63,723 nucleotides of DNA, filler included, from Octopus bimaculoides (GCF_001194135.2; 9 parts of 8 records of this genome joined end to end with filler, not necessarily neighbours in it); one strand, 5' to 3'; numbered from the whole stretch's first letter, positions 25,441 to 38,220 are shown. Numbers and translations: made by a program. Notes: generated by a model not told the origin, from the sequence alone.

Positions 25441-27071
25441 GACTATTTTCCCAGGAATTGACTAACAGTAGGTCTGAGCTTCAAATAATACAAGCCAAGT
25501 TGTCTATGACTGAAGTCATTTTATACTTATAGCATGGCATCTGTATTGTCTGAAGACACATTGGAAAATATTGGTAAACAATAATAATTATTTATTTGTT
25601 ACATTCCACATACACACACATAAAAACACACACACACGCGCGCGTGTAAGTATATATTTATCAAAATCTTCTACGACTTCTTTTCTTCTTTTCCTCTTTT
25701 CTTCTTTTCTTCTTTTTTTCTTTTATTCCTTCCTTCTTTCTATCAGCCCTTCCATGCTTACGTCGTTCATTCCACTCTTCGTTCTTTCGTTCCCCCTCTC
25801 TTACATTTCATTGCTTTCTCTTCATGATCACTATCTCTCCTCTTTTCACTTCACTGTGTCCCTGTCATTTTTTTCTCGCCCCTCATTATTTCGTCTATCC
25901 CTCTGCCTCTATCTCTCTCTCTTCTCTCCCCACGCGACCCGTATTCGGCCAAGCCTGACCTTTCTTTCTTTGTTCGACCGCTGTCCGTGCAAAATCTATA
26001 TTCTTCTCTGCCTTAAGGCCTTACTTTCACACACGCCAGCTCAATTTAGTTCGTCCTTAGTTCGAAAGACACCTGTTGTTATGTCCTGTTATTTGTATTT
26101 GTGTAACCTTCTCCCGTTATATATATATATATNNNNNNNNNNNNNNNNNNNNNNNNNNNNNNNNNNNNNNNNNNNNNNNNNNNNNNNNNNNNNNNNNNNN
26201 NNNNNNNNNNNNNNNNNNNNNNNNNNNNNNNNNNNNNNNNNNNNNNNNNNNNNNNNNNNNNNNNNNNNNNNNNNNNNNNNNNNNNNNNNNNNNNNNNNNN
26301 NNNNNNNNNNNNNNNNNNNNNNNNNNNNNNNNNNNNNNNNNNNNNNNNNNNNNNNNNNNNNNNNNNNNNNNNNNNNNNNNNNNNNNNNNNNNNNNNNNNN
26401 NNNNNNNNNNNNNNNNNNNNNNNNNNNNNNNNNNNNNNNNNNNNNNNNNNNNNNNNNNNNNNNNNNNNNNNNNNNNNNNNNNNNNNNNNNNNNNNNNNNN
26501 NNNNNNNNNNNNNNNNNNNNNNNNNNNNNNNNNNNNNNNNNNNNNNNNNNNNNNNNNNNNNNNNNNNNNNNNNNNNNNNNNNNNNNNNNNNNNNNNNNNN
26601 NNNNNNNNNNNNNNNNNNNNNNNNNNNNNNNNNNNNNNNNNNNNNNNNNNNNNNNNNNNNNNNNNNNNNNNNNNNNNNNNNNNNNNNNNNNNNNNNNNNN
26701 NNNNNNNNNNNNNNNNNNNNNNNNNNNNNNNNNNNNNNNNNNNNNNNNNNNNNNNNNNNNNNNNNNNNNNNNNNNNNNNNNNNNNNNNNNNNNNNNNNNN
26801 NNNNNNNNNNNNNNNNNNNNNNNNNNNNNNNNNNNNNNNNNNNNNNNNNNNNNNNNNNNNNNNNNNNNNNNNNNNNNNNNNNNNNNNNNNNNNNNNNNNN
26901 NNNNNNNNNNNNNNNNNNNNNNNNNNNNNNNNNNNNNNNNNNNNNNNNNNNNNNNNNNNNNNNNNNNNNNNNNNNNNNNNNNNNNNNNNNNNNNNNNNNN
27001 NNNNNNNNNNNNNNNNNNNNNNNNNNNNNNNNNNNNNNNNNNNNNNNNNNNNNNNNNNNNNNNNNNNNNNN

Positions 27072-27154
<83 letters not shown>

Positions 27155-27516
27155 ATGTATATATACATATATCATACGCACTTTCGCACACACACACAAA
27201 TACACAGACAGAGACATCTATGTATTTGGTTGCCAAGATGATTGCTCGAAGAGAATCAGTCGTGCTTCATTCTCTTCAGTACTCCAGAAAGAGCATTGAA
27301 ATGCGGATCTGATAATATATTGGTTGTGACTAATTATAGGATTTCTCAGTCAAGCTGTTGGCCAGTAAGGCGTGAAACACTGTGAAACACTGTGAAATAC
27401 TTAAGTATGTAAATAATGTGGATACAGAGAAATAAAATGGGAATATTATGGGAACGATTAGAAAAATCTACACATAGATAGATAGATAGATACATGCATA
27501 CATACATTCATGCATA

Positions 27517-27897
27517 CAGGCATGGCTGTGTGGTAAGAATCTTGCTTCCCAACCATACGGCTTCAGGTTCAGTTCCACTGCGTGGTACCTTCTTGGGCAA
27601 GTGTCTTCAACAATAGCATCCGACTGCTCAAAGCCTTGTAGACGGAAACCGAAAGAAACCCATCGGTGTGTGTGTGTGGGTTTGTGCTTGTCCCGCACAA
27701 CTACTTGACAACCGGTGTTGATGTGTTTAAGTCCCCGAAACATAGTGGTTCGGCAAAAGAGACAGCTAGAATAAGTACCAGGCTTAACCAAAAATAAGCG
27801 CTGGGGTCGATTCATGCGACTAACACTTGTCTAAGGTGATGCCCCAACATGGCCACGGTCTAATCACTGAAACAAGTAAAAGATGAAAGATAAAAGA
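27517..27897 (+). mobile_element. SINE family B, full length (head, CORE-like body, internal (TG)n, 3' module)
   Basis: CATGGCTGTGTGGTAAG..CTTGGGCAAGTGTCTT..(TG)n..GGTTCGGCAAAAGAGAC..AATAAGTAC..CTGGGGTCGAT..CTGAAACAAGTAAAAGA. Confidence 0.9.
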
Positions 27898-27931
27898 TTC
27901 ATACACACACGTATATACACTCAAACACACA

Positions 27932-27976
<45 letters not shown>

Positions 27977-28386
27977 NNNNNNNNNNNNNNNNNNNNNNNN
28001 NNNNNNNNNNNNNNNNNNNNNNNNNNNNNNNNNNNNNNNNNNNNNNNNNNNNNNNNNNNNNNNNNNNNNNNNNNNNNNNNNNNNNNNNNNNNNNNNNNNN
28101 NNNNNNNNNNNNNNNNNNNNNNNNNNNNNNNNNNNNNNNNNNNNNNNNNNNNNNNNNNNNNNNNNNNNNNNNNNNNNNNNNNNNNNNNNNNNNNNNNNNN
28201 NNNNNNNNNNNNNNNNNNNNNNNNNNNNNNNNNNNNNNNNNNNNNNNNNNNNNNNNNNNNNNNNNNNNNNNNNNNNNNNNNNNNNNNNNNNNNNNNNNNN
28301 NNNNNNNNNNNNNNNNNNNNNNNNNNNNNNNNNNNNNNNNNNNNNNNNNNNNNNNNNNNNNNNNNNNNNNNNNNNNNNNNNNNNNN

Positions 28387-28406
28387 TCATCATCATCATC
28401 ATCATC

Positions 28407-28481
<75 letters not shown>

Positions 28482-28547
28482 TTCATCATCATCATCATCT
28501 TCATCATCATCATCACCATCTTCATCATCATCACCCTCATCATCCTT

Positions 28548-28588
<41 letters not shown>

Positions 28589-28830
28589 TCATCCTCATTG
28601 CCATCGCCGTCATCGCCACCGCCGTCATCAACATGACCGTCGTGGTTTTCATCATTATCATCATCATCGTGGCCGTCGACGCCCGACGTTGTCGTTATGA
28701 TCGTCTTCATCGCCGTCATCATCGTCGTCGTCGTCATCATCGTCATCCTCATCACCATCATCATCATCATCATCATCGACATCATCAGCATCATCATCAC
28801 CAACAGCAGCAGCAGCAGCATCGGCTTCAG
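28387..28830. repeat. (CAT)n/(CGT)n/(CAG)n trinucleotide array
   Basis: Directly visible. Confidence 0.95.
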
Positions 28831-28997
28831 CACCTTCTTCATCATCCACTGAGGTGTGTTGCAAGGTTAGATTGAAAATGGTTAGAATGGTTTTATGCGA
28901 AAAGGAAATGATTTGTGTTTTTTTCACATTAAAGCTTATTAAAATTAAATTGCGACAGAGCGTCGAAGTAATTGTCAGGTGTCATCCGTTCGGGTCC

Positions 28998-29097
28998 NNN
29001 NNNNNNNNNNNNNNNNNNNNNNNNNNNNNNNNNNNNNNNNNTTAATTAATTAANNNNNNNNNNNNNNNNNNNNNNNNNNNNNNNNNNNNNNNNNNNN
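28998..29097. other. Artificial scaffold-join spacer (44 N + TTAATTAATTAA + 44 N)
   Basis: Exactly 100 bp; the central 12-mer has stops in all six frames; an identical design recurs 8 times. Confidence 0.97.
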
Positions 29098-29160
29098 TTT
29101 GAACCCGGATCGCCGGCTCCAGAAGCGCAGGCCTACACGACTACACCAATCTGGCACTCG
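29098..29160 (-). mobile_element. tRNA-like SINE head cut by the spacer
   Basis: Minus strand GCCAGATTGGTGTAGTCGTG..GATCCGGGTTCAAA has A- and B-box-like motifs but a poor anticodon stem. Confidence 0.45.
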
Positions 29161-29269
29161 CTTGAATTGGAGCAAATTAAGCCTTATGAAGTTAGCCTTT
29201 GTTCCTCCTAGACCAGATCCAACTTGAGGCCTTCTATATATATATATATATATATATAGTAATAAAGTA

Positions 29270-29500
29270 AACAACAGGTTGTCCGGCGTACCACATGGAT
29301 ACATCAAAGGTAGGACAGAAAGAACACAACAAGCGGAAATCCACAAAACACAACATGCGGAAGAATAGATGATAACGTAACAAACGACAAACAGGACAAA
29401 AACATACGGATCATTCACAGCCTATTTCCTCTTCAGTCGGTATCTGGAAAGTCCTTGCAGTTTCACGTCGTCTTGGCTCACCGTTTGTTTTTACTGTTTT
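29270..29500 (-). repeat. T-rich interspersed repeat with GAAAC..CTGAAGA boxes (Penelope-associated?)
   Basis: GAAAC at 29464-29460 and CTGAAGA at 29436-29430, followed by a T-rich tract ending in (TA)n. Loosely similar to the 29600 and 42590 copies. Confidence 0.4.
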
Positions 29501-29599
29501 GTTCTCACAGTCCTATTTTTGTTACCACTTTCACCCCCAAAAAAAAGAAAAAAGATCCCAAATTTTATTTAATTTGTTTTGCGGGAAGGACTGTTTTAA

Positions 29600-29870
29600 C
29601 GAAGTCGCGTCTTGTCCTTACCTTCGAAACGCGGAGTAGATTCACTGATGAAGTGAATGTTCTTTATGATGCATGTCTCGTTTCTCTGTTTGTTTTTTTT
29701 TCCGTTGTTCTAAAAAACGTTCCTTTCAATGTTTTTGTTTTTATGTTCTCGTTTCTCATTTTGCTCATGTTTTTTTTTATGTCCTGTACCCATATATGCA
29801 TGTATATACATATATATGTAGGTATGTACATATATGTATGAATATATATGCATATATTTATATATTATCT
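29600..29870 (+). repeat. T-rich interspersed repeat, same family as 42590-42800
   Basis: TTCGAAACGC..CTGATGAAG.GAATGTTCTTTATG..GTCCTGTACCCA.ATATGCATGTATATA..ATGTAGGTATGTACATA aligns with the reverse complement of 42590-42800. Confidence 0.7.
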
Positions 29871-29935
29871 ATATTATTATATGATCGAACGCCGCGCATC
29901 CTTTTCCAAGTATATATAAGGAAATCCTCTTAGCC

Positions 29936-30075
29936 CCTTGTGGAGCTTAGGGTCGGTTTCCCGGTTTCTATGGCGTATGTGTTCCCCCTAGCTGGGCGGG
30001 ACGCCAGTCCATTGCAGCTTTTTACTCAAGAAACAGGAAGAAAGAGTGAGAGAAAGTGGGGGGCGAAAGAGTAAT
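29936..30075 (-). mobile_element. SINE fragment: body B2 + tail T2
   Basis: AAGAAACAGGAAGAAAGAGTGAGAGAAAGT (30028-30057) is shared with 39267-39300. Tail GGTCGGTTTCCCGG is shared with 10994. Confidence 0.75.
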
Positions 30076-30292
30076 CACAGACTACTTCATTGGCAAATAG
30101 AAGTTTGTATGTGGAAGGTCATTTCTCTGTGATCTCACTCGTTTTGTGAGGATTTCGCAGTTTATTCCCATATTCGATAACTCTGTCAAGAAAAATACCA
30201 ACTCTTGTGTTTGTTATTGTCGGTGATTACCGATTATTACCGATCAATAACGTTTTAATTTTGCATTTAGTCCATTGTTATTTTATATGTAT

Positions 30293-30510
30293 GAGGCGAT
30301 GGGCTAGCAGAATCGTTAGCGCGTCGAATAAAATGCTTACCAGCATTTCTGTTTTTTTTTTTTCTTACGTTCTGATTTCAAATTCTGCCGAGGTTGACCT
30401 TGTCTGCCATCCTTTCGGTGTTGTTTAAATCAAGATAAACTGAGCACTGTGTCGATGTAATAGACTTACCTCACTATCACAAACGTCTAAGATTACTGGT
30501 CTTGTGCCAA
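30293..30510 (+). mobile_element. SINE family A, diverged full-length copy
   Basis: GAATCGTTAGCGCG..AAATGCTTA..TTCAAATTCTGCCGAGGTTGAC..CATCCTTTCGG..GTCGATGTAAT..CTTGTGCC. Confidence 0.82.
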
Positions 30511-33500
30511 AATTTGAAACTTTTAAAATTTTTATTTAATCTATTCTTTTTTATATGGACAAAAAACGAAAGCCTACTTACCTATCTACCAGCCTACATA
30601 AAAAGCAGCGACTGCAATCCGATAAAATTATTGCTATTTTATTTCAGGGGAGATTACTTTCATCAATTAAAGTTAAGTGATCTCCCTTGATTCTGTACAC
30701 TGAACATGGCTTTGTATTTTTTTGTGGGGGTTTTAAATTGAATTGGATTCCAATCTGGGCGGAATTAATTATCACAATAAAGTTGCGTTTAAAACAAACA
30801 AAAGTAACATTCGTTTATCAATTATACATCCTGGAAAATACATGCATACATACACACATACGCACACACCTATACACATTTAAGAATAAGTATGCAAATC
30901 CTCGTTTTGTTTGAATTTCTGAAGTTTATCGATACTGGGTAAATATAAACAGAGGATTTACAAAGAACTTAAAATTTGTAGATTTAAAAGCATGTTAGGA
31001 GAAGTGCTTATGATACTTTACAGGAACCCCGATATTGGTGGGAGAGAAGATGGTATTCTCAAGATGATGTGCCGATCCAAGTGCTTCCAATAGAATGGAC
31101 TCTGAAAAAGAAACTTAAAATGCCGGTTTGTGACACCAAACCGGATAACGAATTAAGCGTACTACCTATGTGCTGAACTTAAAAACCCATCTGACTTCGA
31201 ATCTTAAAATTGAGAGATTTGAACTCAGAACACCGAGAAGCATTCTCTCTAAACTTCCTAGAGTACTATGAATCTTGGATTCTGAGTGGACAAAATGCGA
31301 TGACCTCGGTGAGATTTGGACTCGGAAAAAATACCACGAGGCCTAGCTCACTCTGCTAATTCATCGTGTTAAATGCTTAAGCAATTTTAGAAACTTTCTC
31401 ATGTTATGCCTAACATGGCTTCTTCAGTGATGGTCACTACAAAACAGAAGTGGTGCCTTGAAACACTAACAATAAATAGGTAGTCATATATAATAAAGAC
31501 AAAACCGTTGAATGTTGGATTTTAGGGGTTTGTGGTAGCTTATAAGGATATGTTGTATCTCATGAACTGCAAAAGCAATTGTGGGCGGAAATCGACCGTA
31601 CGTGTGTCGTACCAATGTATGCTGTAGCTGTTGTGTTGCATTATAGTATGTTACGATATTGTTTTGCGCTGTTATATTGTTGTACTGTTGTATTGATGTG
31701 TTGCAGTGTTGTCTTGTTGTGTTGTGTTGCTGTTGTTGTATTATGTCGGTGTGCTATGTTGTGTTGCGTTGTTGTCTTAACTTCTGCTGTGTTCTGTTGC
31801 TCTGTTATTGCATCTAAATCTCTCTGTCGCTCTGTTCCTCTTTCCCCTTTATCCCTCTCTCCCCAAACGCGTCTTCCTTCTATATTCCTCTATGTCTTTC
31901 TTCGTGTACCACTACATCTACATATCCTTCTGTTGCTCTATTCCTCTTTGTTCCTTTTTGCCTTCCTCAACTTCTCCTCTCTCTCACTCTACTTCCATGT
32001 CTCCCATTCTATATACAGCCTTTTAGGATCTATTTTAAAATGGGGGCCACATTTTTCATTAATGTTTTACGTAGTGTTTTTGGTACCGAAAGACTTTCAA
32101 ACTTCGTATACTTATCTATTTTGTATTATAGAACAGAAAAATATTTTTGTATTCGAATTTATTTCATGTAAAAAATTGTCTTATTTCGATAATTTCAACC
32201 AATCACTGACAAGTATTCAGTTGTTTACATTTACTCCTTTGGCTGATTAAGCGGTGTAAAGCGTATTTAATTTCCATAGCTTCGTTTTTCTTTTTTCTTT
32301 TTAAATTTGCTGTTTTACCCTAACCCTAACCCTATCACCGATAGAATTGTTTCAGAATCGTTTGTTTATGTAGTCGGCACTTAATGTATATNNNNNNNNN
32401 NNNNNNNNNNNNNNNNNNNNNNNNNNNNNNNNNNNNNNNNNNNNNNNNNNNNNNNNNNNNNNNNNNNNNNNNNNNNNNNNNNNNNNNNNNNNNNNNNNNN
32501 NNNNNNNNNNNNNNNNNNNNNNNNNNNNNNNNNNNNNNNNNNNNNNNNNNNNNNNNNNNNNNNNNNNNNNNNNNNNNNNNNNNNNNNNNNNNNNNNNNNN
32601 NNNNNNNNNNNNNNNNNNNNNNNNNNNNNNNNNNNNNNNNNNNNNNNNNNNNNNNNNNNNNNNNNNNNNNNNNNNNNNNNNNNNNNNNNNNNNNNNNNNN
32701 NNNNNNNNNNNNNNNNNNNNNNNNNNNNNNNNNNNNNNNNNNNNNNNNNNNNNNNNNNNNNNNNNNNNNNNNNNNNNNNNNNNNNNNNNNNNNNNNNNNN
32801 NNNNNNNNNNNNNNNNNNNNNNNNNNNNNNNNNNNNNNNNNNNNNNNNNNNNNNNNNNNNNNNNNNNNNNNNNNNNNNNNNNNNNNNNNNNNNNNNNNNN
32901 NNNNNNNNNNNNNNNNNNNNNNNNNNNNNNNNNNNNNNNNNNNNNNNNNNNNNNNNNNNNNNNNNNNNNNNNNNNNNNNNNNNNNNNNNNNNNNNNNNNN
33001 NNNNNNNNNNNNNNNNNNNNNNNNNNNNNNNNNNNNNNNNNNNNNNNNNNNNNNNNNNNNNNNNNNNNNNNNNNNNNNNNNNNNNNNNNNNNNNNNNNNN
33101 NNNNNNNNNNNNNNNNNNNNNNNNNNNNNNNNNNNNNNNNNNNNNNNNNNNNNNNNNNNNNNNNNNNNNNNNNNNNNNNNNNNNNNNNNNNNNNNNNNNN
33201 NNNNNNNNNNNNNNNNNNNNNNNNNNNNNNNNNNNNNNNNNNNNNNNNNNNNNNNNNNNNNNNNNNNNNNNNNNNNNNNNNNNNNNNNNNNNNNNNNNNN
33301 NNNNNNNNNNNNNNNNNNNNNNNNNNNNNNNNNNNNNNNNNNNNNNNNNNNNNNNNNNNNNNNNNNNNNNNNNNNNNNNNNNTAGTTATTTATATTTTCA
33401 TGTCGCATGAGGGTCATTAGGTGCTGTTTTCTAATTGGTTAAGCAGTGTCTCTCTTCGATTACTAAGACACGAGAGAAAAACCGTCCGTCAAATCAGACA

Positions 33501-33706
33501 GAATAAATATCACAAGAGAGATGCGTTTAAAACAAGCAGAGGTAACATTATTTCATCGATATACAACCTGGAAAATACATGCATACATACTTATACACAT
33601 ACACTACTACATATATACATACATGAGCATGTATGTGTATATGTGTGCGTGTGCATGTGTGTGCCCGTGTGTGTGATGTATGCTTATCTATCTATCTATC
33701 TATCTA

Positions 33707-33746
<40 letters not shown>

Positions 33747-33806
33747 CCTCTCTTTCTTACTTTCTTTATCTCACTGTGTATACACACACACACACACACA
33801 CACACA

Positions 33807-33906
33807 NNNNNNNNNNNNNNNNNNNNNNNNNNNNNNNNNNNNNNNNNNNNTTAATTAATTAANNNNNNNNNNNNNNNNNNNNNNNNNNNNNNNNNNNNNN
33901 NNNNNN
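33807..33906. other. Artificial scaffold-join spacer
   Basis: 44 N + TTAATTAATTAA + 44 N. Confidence 0.97.
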
Positions 33907-34326
33907 TTTGGTAGGTGATATAAAAGATTAACTAGAAATACTTAATATCAGAATTAATATATTCCTAAAAACACTTTTACTAGATCATTTGAAAGTTCAA
34001 TGATCTGATGATAAAATTGAAACTAAGATCTCTTGGTTTGGACAAAATTGATATATGGTTAAGTATGAGAGTGCATAGCTGAATGGTTAAGTAGTTCCCT
34101 TCTCTAACAAAAGATTTTAGATTCTATTCTACTTTCTTGACATGTAGAGCAAGTTTCTGCTTCAAATCCTTGGATTGATTCAACCATTTTGAATGAAACA
34201 GGTAGGTGGAAAGATATGTGGAAGGCTCTCTAATGGATCATTGTACTAATCCCAGGATGCAATCTTATCAGACAATGCTATACAGAGTCTGCTGGAAGAT
34301 TGTGTTAAAAGTATTGGAGTTTAAGA

Positions 34327-34981
34327 CAGTTTAAGGCATTTTGTGCATCCTGCAAAGGCATTTTGTGTGGCCCATGAAACTATTTTTCAAAGACTTTCTT
34401 ATTTTAATAGGTGACTGAAAATTAACATAATAAAATGCTTCTACCACAACCACACACTGAAAACACATATAAAAGTATTCATTTATTAACTTTTATTATT
34501 ATATTTCTTTACATTAGTTTCCTTCATGTCTTTATTGAATAAATTGCCATATCCATCAAAACACACTCCTTTTTGTGGAACACAAGATCTGAACTTATTA
34601 GTACGTGTTTTAAACAATTTTAGGACGTTTGTTGCCTAAAATTTAGTTTCCAGTAACTCACTGCCTGGCTTACAAGAAGTTTGTGCCTGCATTGCATCAC
34701 TGTGTCTCTTCATATGCAAGGTATGTTATTATACTTGAGCTATGTTCAGAACAAATGTGTGTATAAATTTATTTCTCCTTATGCAACACTGATTTTCTAC
34801 ATACATATTTTGGTACGTGATTATGTATATATCAGAACTGAAACATTTTTAGATTTTCTTCAGCATTATTTGATCCCTTCCAATGGCAGAAGGTGTCAAA
34901 TAATGATATATTTTTGCAGCCCACCTTGAATGATTGAATTCACGATTTGGCTCTTTGGACAAAAAAGGTTGTGCATCCCTG
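34327..34981. mobile_element. Possible hAT (Charlie-like) non-autonomous element, decayed
   Basis: The right end GGTTGTGCATCCCTG (CAGGGATGCACAACC) resembles hAT-MITE termini, with GTGGCCC/GCAGCCC subterminal motifs. Imperfect 8-bp flanks GTTTAAGA / GTTTAAAG. The left TIR is largely lost. Confidence 0.38.
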
Positions 34982-35502
34982 GTTTAAAGTATGTTCAACT
35001 ATTTACTCTAAAAGACAATGAGGAGGAAGCTTTATTAATCAGACAAATGGAATTCTTTGTTAAAACTGATACTAAGTTCAGTAATTAATTTTTCTGAGTA
35101 AGGCATGTAAAATAATTATATTGAAATTACTTAACATGGAATTTTATTGTTATTTAATAACCTGCTTCATGGTTGTTTATGCAAGCCGCAATTTATTTAT
35201 GCCAAATTTGCATGTTATCTTTGTGAACAGAAAGCAGAGTGCTGAAAAACAGTCAAGAAATTTAAAAGTTAGGGGCCATATATTGTCAGTTATTCATAGC
35301 CAAAGCACTTAACTTTCAATTAACCAAGTCCATTTACTGAACAGTCTTGACTGCATCCGAAGAAAGCATAGGAATTTGAACCCCAGCTGTAACATATCCA
35401 GTGAGGGATCATGAGTAAGTCACCACAATTTCACTCAACTGGTCAATAAATTGGTCAGTCAGCATGAAGCTGTGGTGTGATTAGGTCCTTCAGATGATCT
35501 AA

Positions 35503-35560
35503 AATTCATTCCCTTTTCACCCTGTAAAAAGCTGTTTACAGGGTGAAAAGGGGATGAATT
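35503..35560. other. Isolated 58-nt near-perfect hairpin (26-bp stem, 6-nt loop)
   Basis: AATTCATTCCCTTTTCACCCTGTAAA-AAGCTG-TTTACAGGGTGAAAAGGGGATGAATT. On the + strand the only non-Watson-Crick position is one G-U pair. Confidence 0.9.
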
Positions 35561-37265
35561 AGCTGGACAGCCATAGATATTCATCCAGATCACCTTTGGT
35601 ACACACAGAAGGTAGACCACTAAGGCCAGACCACCTCAAGCAAGAAACGATTTTGAACACTTATACACGATGTACCACAGCTAGTCTTCTACAGACACAG
35701 TATGCTATTCTCCTCCACATTGGCAGTTATATTATCAGCATCTTTCTTTTGTAAACAGCCAAAGCAATAAATTATGTCCAGCAATAAATATGTTAAAAGT
35801 TTAAAGTTTGTGAGTTGCTCCATTTCTTTACACACACAGCCAGCTAGACCACAAGATATGGTCTTCAACAATACAACACACATCAACAAGAAACCACCAT
35901 AACAATGATGACTAAGCAACCATGTGACAGAAGTCTGCTTAACTGATTTTTATAAAGTCATTCATAGACAAGATCTCTGCCTTTTCTAGTGTTACTTCAA
36001 CTACCTCTGAACCTCACAGTAAATATGTCTTGTGTCATTTCCACTTTAACACTTTCACCTTGCTCATCTCTCCTCACCACTCATGTTGACTCCAAACTCT
36101 ACTAACCACTGCACACAACTCTACTAAACTCTACTAACCACTGCACCCAAACTCTACTTACCACTGCACACAAGCCTACTTCTCCAGAATGTTGGCCTCT
36201 AGAGTTCCCTCCTTCCACATATATTTTTTAGTGCTGACCTGCTTGTGTGGAACATTAATGGTATCATTTTTAATAGTCTTGAAAGGCATATGAAGGCCAT
36301 GGGTACAGCTCCTTTCTCTAGACATAGCTAGTGAAAAAAAGACATTGACCAATGAGAGGATAATTATTTTATTGTTAGAATTTCTAGCATGAAGAGAAAA
36401 AATTGTGCTTTTGAAGAGAAATGACATCTCAAAATTGAGGTGGAGGTATCTGGAACCTTTATGAAATCTATTTGATCACTATATGTATAAGTAGTATATT
36501 TTTACAATTTAATACATAGAATTTTCTCATTTGAGAAAGGTCAAGTAAATTATTTGACCATCTGACAACAGGTAGGTTGACAAAGAAAGTATCAATTTTA
36601 AAATATTTATATAAAATCATTTCTGAGTCAAAATGAATAAAATGACAACTGAATAACTTTTGTAGAATTTAGTCAAGACTTTTATGTGACACTGATCAGG
36701 TTGAATAAATATGTAAACTTCCTTCCTCACTTGTTAAGTAGTAATTTGAACATAACATTAATTGTTTACTAATAAAAAGCTAGGCTAAAGACTTTGTGAG
36801 GATAATTTCAGAAGACATTAAATAGGTTTTCATGTATAAAATTATATTTTAATTGTCTACTGAAAACCAAGTTGGAAACTGAGAATATTTTTTTGAATTT
36901 ATGAAATTGCAATGTGATTGCAATATTGAATCAATTTACTTTCTGCCAATATATTGATAATACAAAAGCTCAGATATCATATTGTAAATCTATACAGATC
37001 AGTATTGCTTAATATGTATTGGATGATTTACAAGCCACAATAATTATCATGTTAATCTATTAGCTGACTGATTATATGGTTACAAATTTAAACCTTACTT
37101 CAGCTATTGTGTCGTGACCCTGATTGTCTCAGTTTGCCTGACAACAGATGCCACTCTGTTTTCAAACTAAGATGGGAATCCAGAACTGTAAAAGTTATTG
37201 CTGCAACAAAACAATCTTAACAATGCAAGTATGGAAAACTGGATTCAAAAATATAAGACAAAGTA

Positions 37266-38165
37266 CAAGATGATATCAAAATGTTTCCGGACTAGAAATA
37301 TTTAATAAAAAATATTCACAAAATATTCATCTCCTTCAAAAAAGTCACCTTGTACACCAATACATCAGTCCCAGCGTTCCTGCCACTTTTGGAATCCAAC
37401 CTGGAAGTCGTTTTCAGTAAGTGAGTTAGGGACCCTCTGCAATTTGCTCTGCATCTTGACAATGGTGCTAAAACGACATCTTTTGAACTGCATTTTCATC
37501 TTGGAGAAGATATGGAAGTCTGCAGGTGTTAAATCTGGTTAATTGGGCAGGTGAAGAAGTGATACCATTTTGCTTTTGGTAAGAAACTCATGAATGAGGA
37601 GAGATAGGTGATAGGATACATTGTTGTAGGGAAGAATCTAATTCTTCGCATTCCACAGATCCATTTGCTTTTGCTGAAAGCCCTCCCTTGAATGAACTAA
37701 AACATCTCAGTAGAACTCTTGATTGGTGGTCTGGCCCTGGGGAATAAATTCCAGATGCACAATACCACAAAAAAGGCACAATGTAAAAAAGAAAAAAAAT
37801 GAGGAGCATGCTCTTCATTAAGCTGTGGCTCTGTTGTGTGCCTGTGCTACTTGAAACATTGCATACAACCCATTGCCTCATCACCATAAGCTTACCAAAG
37901 CATGCTCAATGTCTCTGTAGCAGACTTAGCAAGTTCAATGTAATATTTCACGTTGGCCTTCGTTTCAACTTCCTGTCCATGACAAAAGTTGCAGACAACA
38001 TGATTACAAAAACACAAATTTCACAACCTGTAAAGTAAACACTGCAATGTCACTCAACACACAGCATCATGAAGGTCAGTGCTAGCTTTCACTGTGCATG
38101 CAACTGTATGCTGCCATCTGTTGGTGCACTATAGAACTAATCTGGGAACTTTTTGATACCACTCG
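37266..38165 (-). mobile_element. Internally deleted mariner (irritans-like), about 900 bp
   Basis: Imperfect TIRs (CGAGTGGTATCAAAAAGTTCCCAGA / CAAGATGATATCAAAATGTTTCCGGA) flanked by TA. Decayed ORF with N-terminal KSATETLSML and C-terminal PDLTPADFHIFSKMK..FQKWQERWD*CIGVQGDFFEGD. Confidence 0.85.
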
Positions 38166-38220
38166 TAATTTGAATGAAATCAAGAATTTGAATTTAAAAT
38201 GAAAATATTTTGAATCTTAC

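Noticed and set aside
31385-31432. CTGAAGA..7-bp hairpin..GAAAG-TTT-CTA on the minus strand
   Set aside because: Stem I cannot form and the linkers to stem II are non-canonical; probably chance.
32318-32334. (CCCTAA)2-3 telomere-like repeat
   Set aside because: Under three units inside an AT-rich interspersed repeat; too short to indicate a telomere or fusion site.
34004-34032. CTGATGA-TAAAATT-GAAAC hammerhead-like boxes
   Set aside because: No stem III pairing with a GUH triplet and no stem I.
35689-35919. 76-aa hydrophobic minus-strand ORF downstream of the MAM exon, a possible transmembrane exon
   Set aside because: No clear flanking splice sites and no recognisable motif.
36100-36180. 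Short minisatellite (ACTCTACTAACCACTGCAC, about 3 units) as a CRISPR-like array
   Set aside because: Head-to-tail units with no unique spacers, a eukaryotic context and no cas genes.
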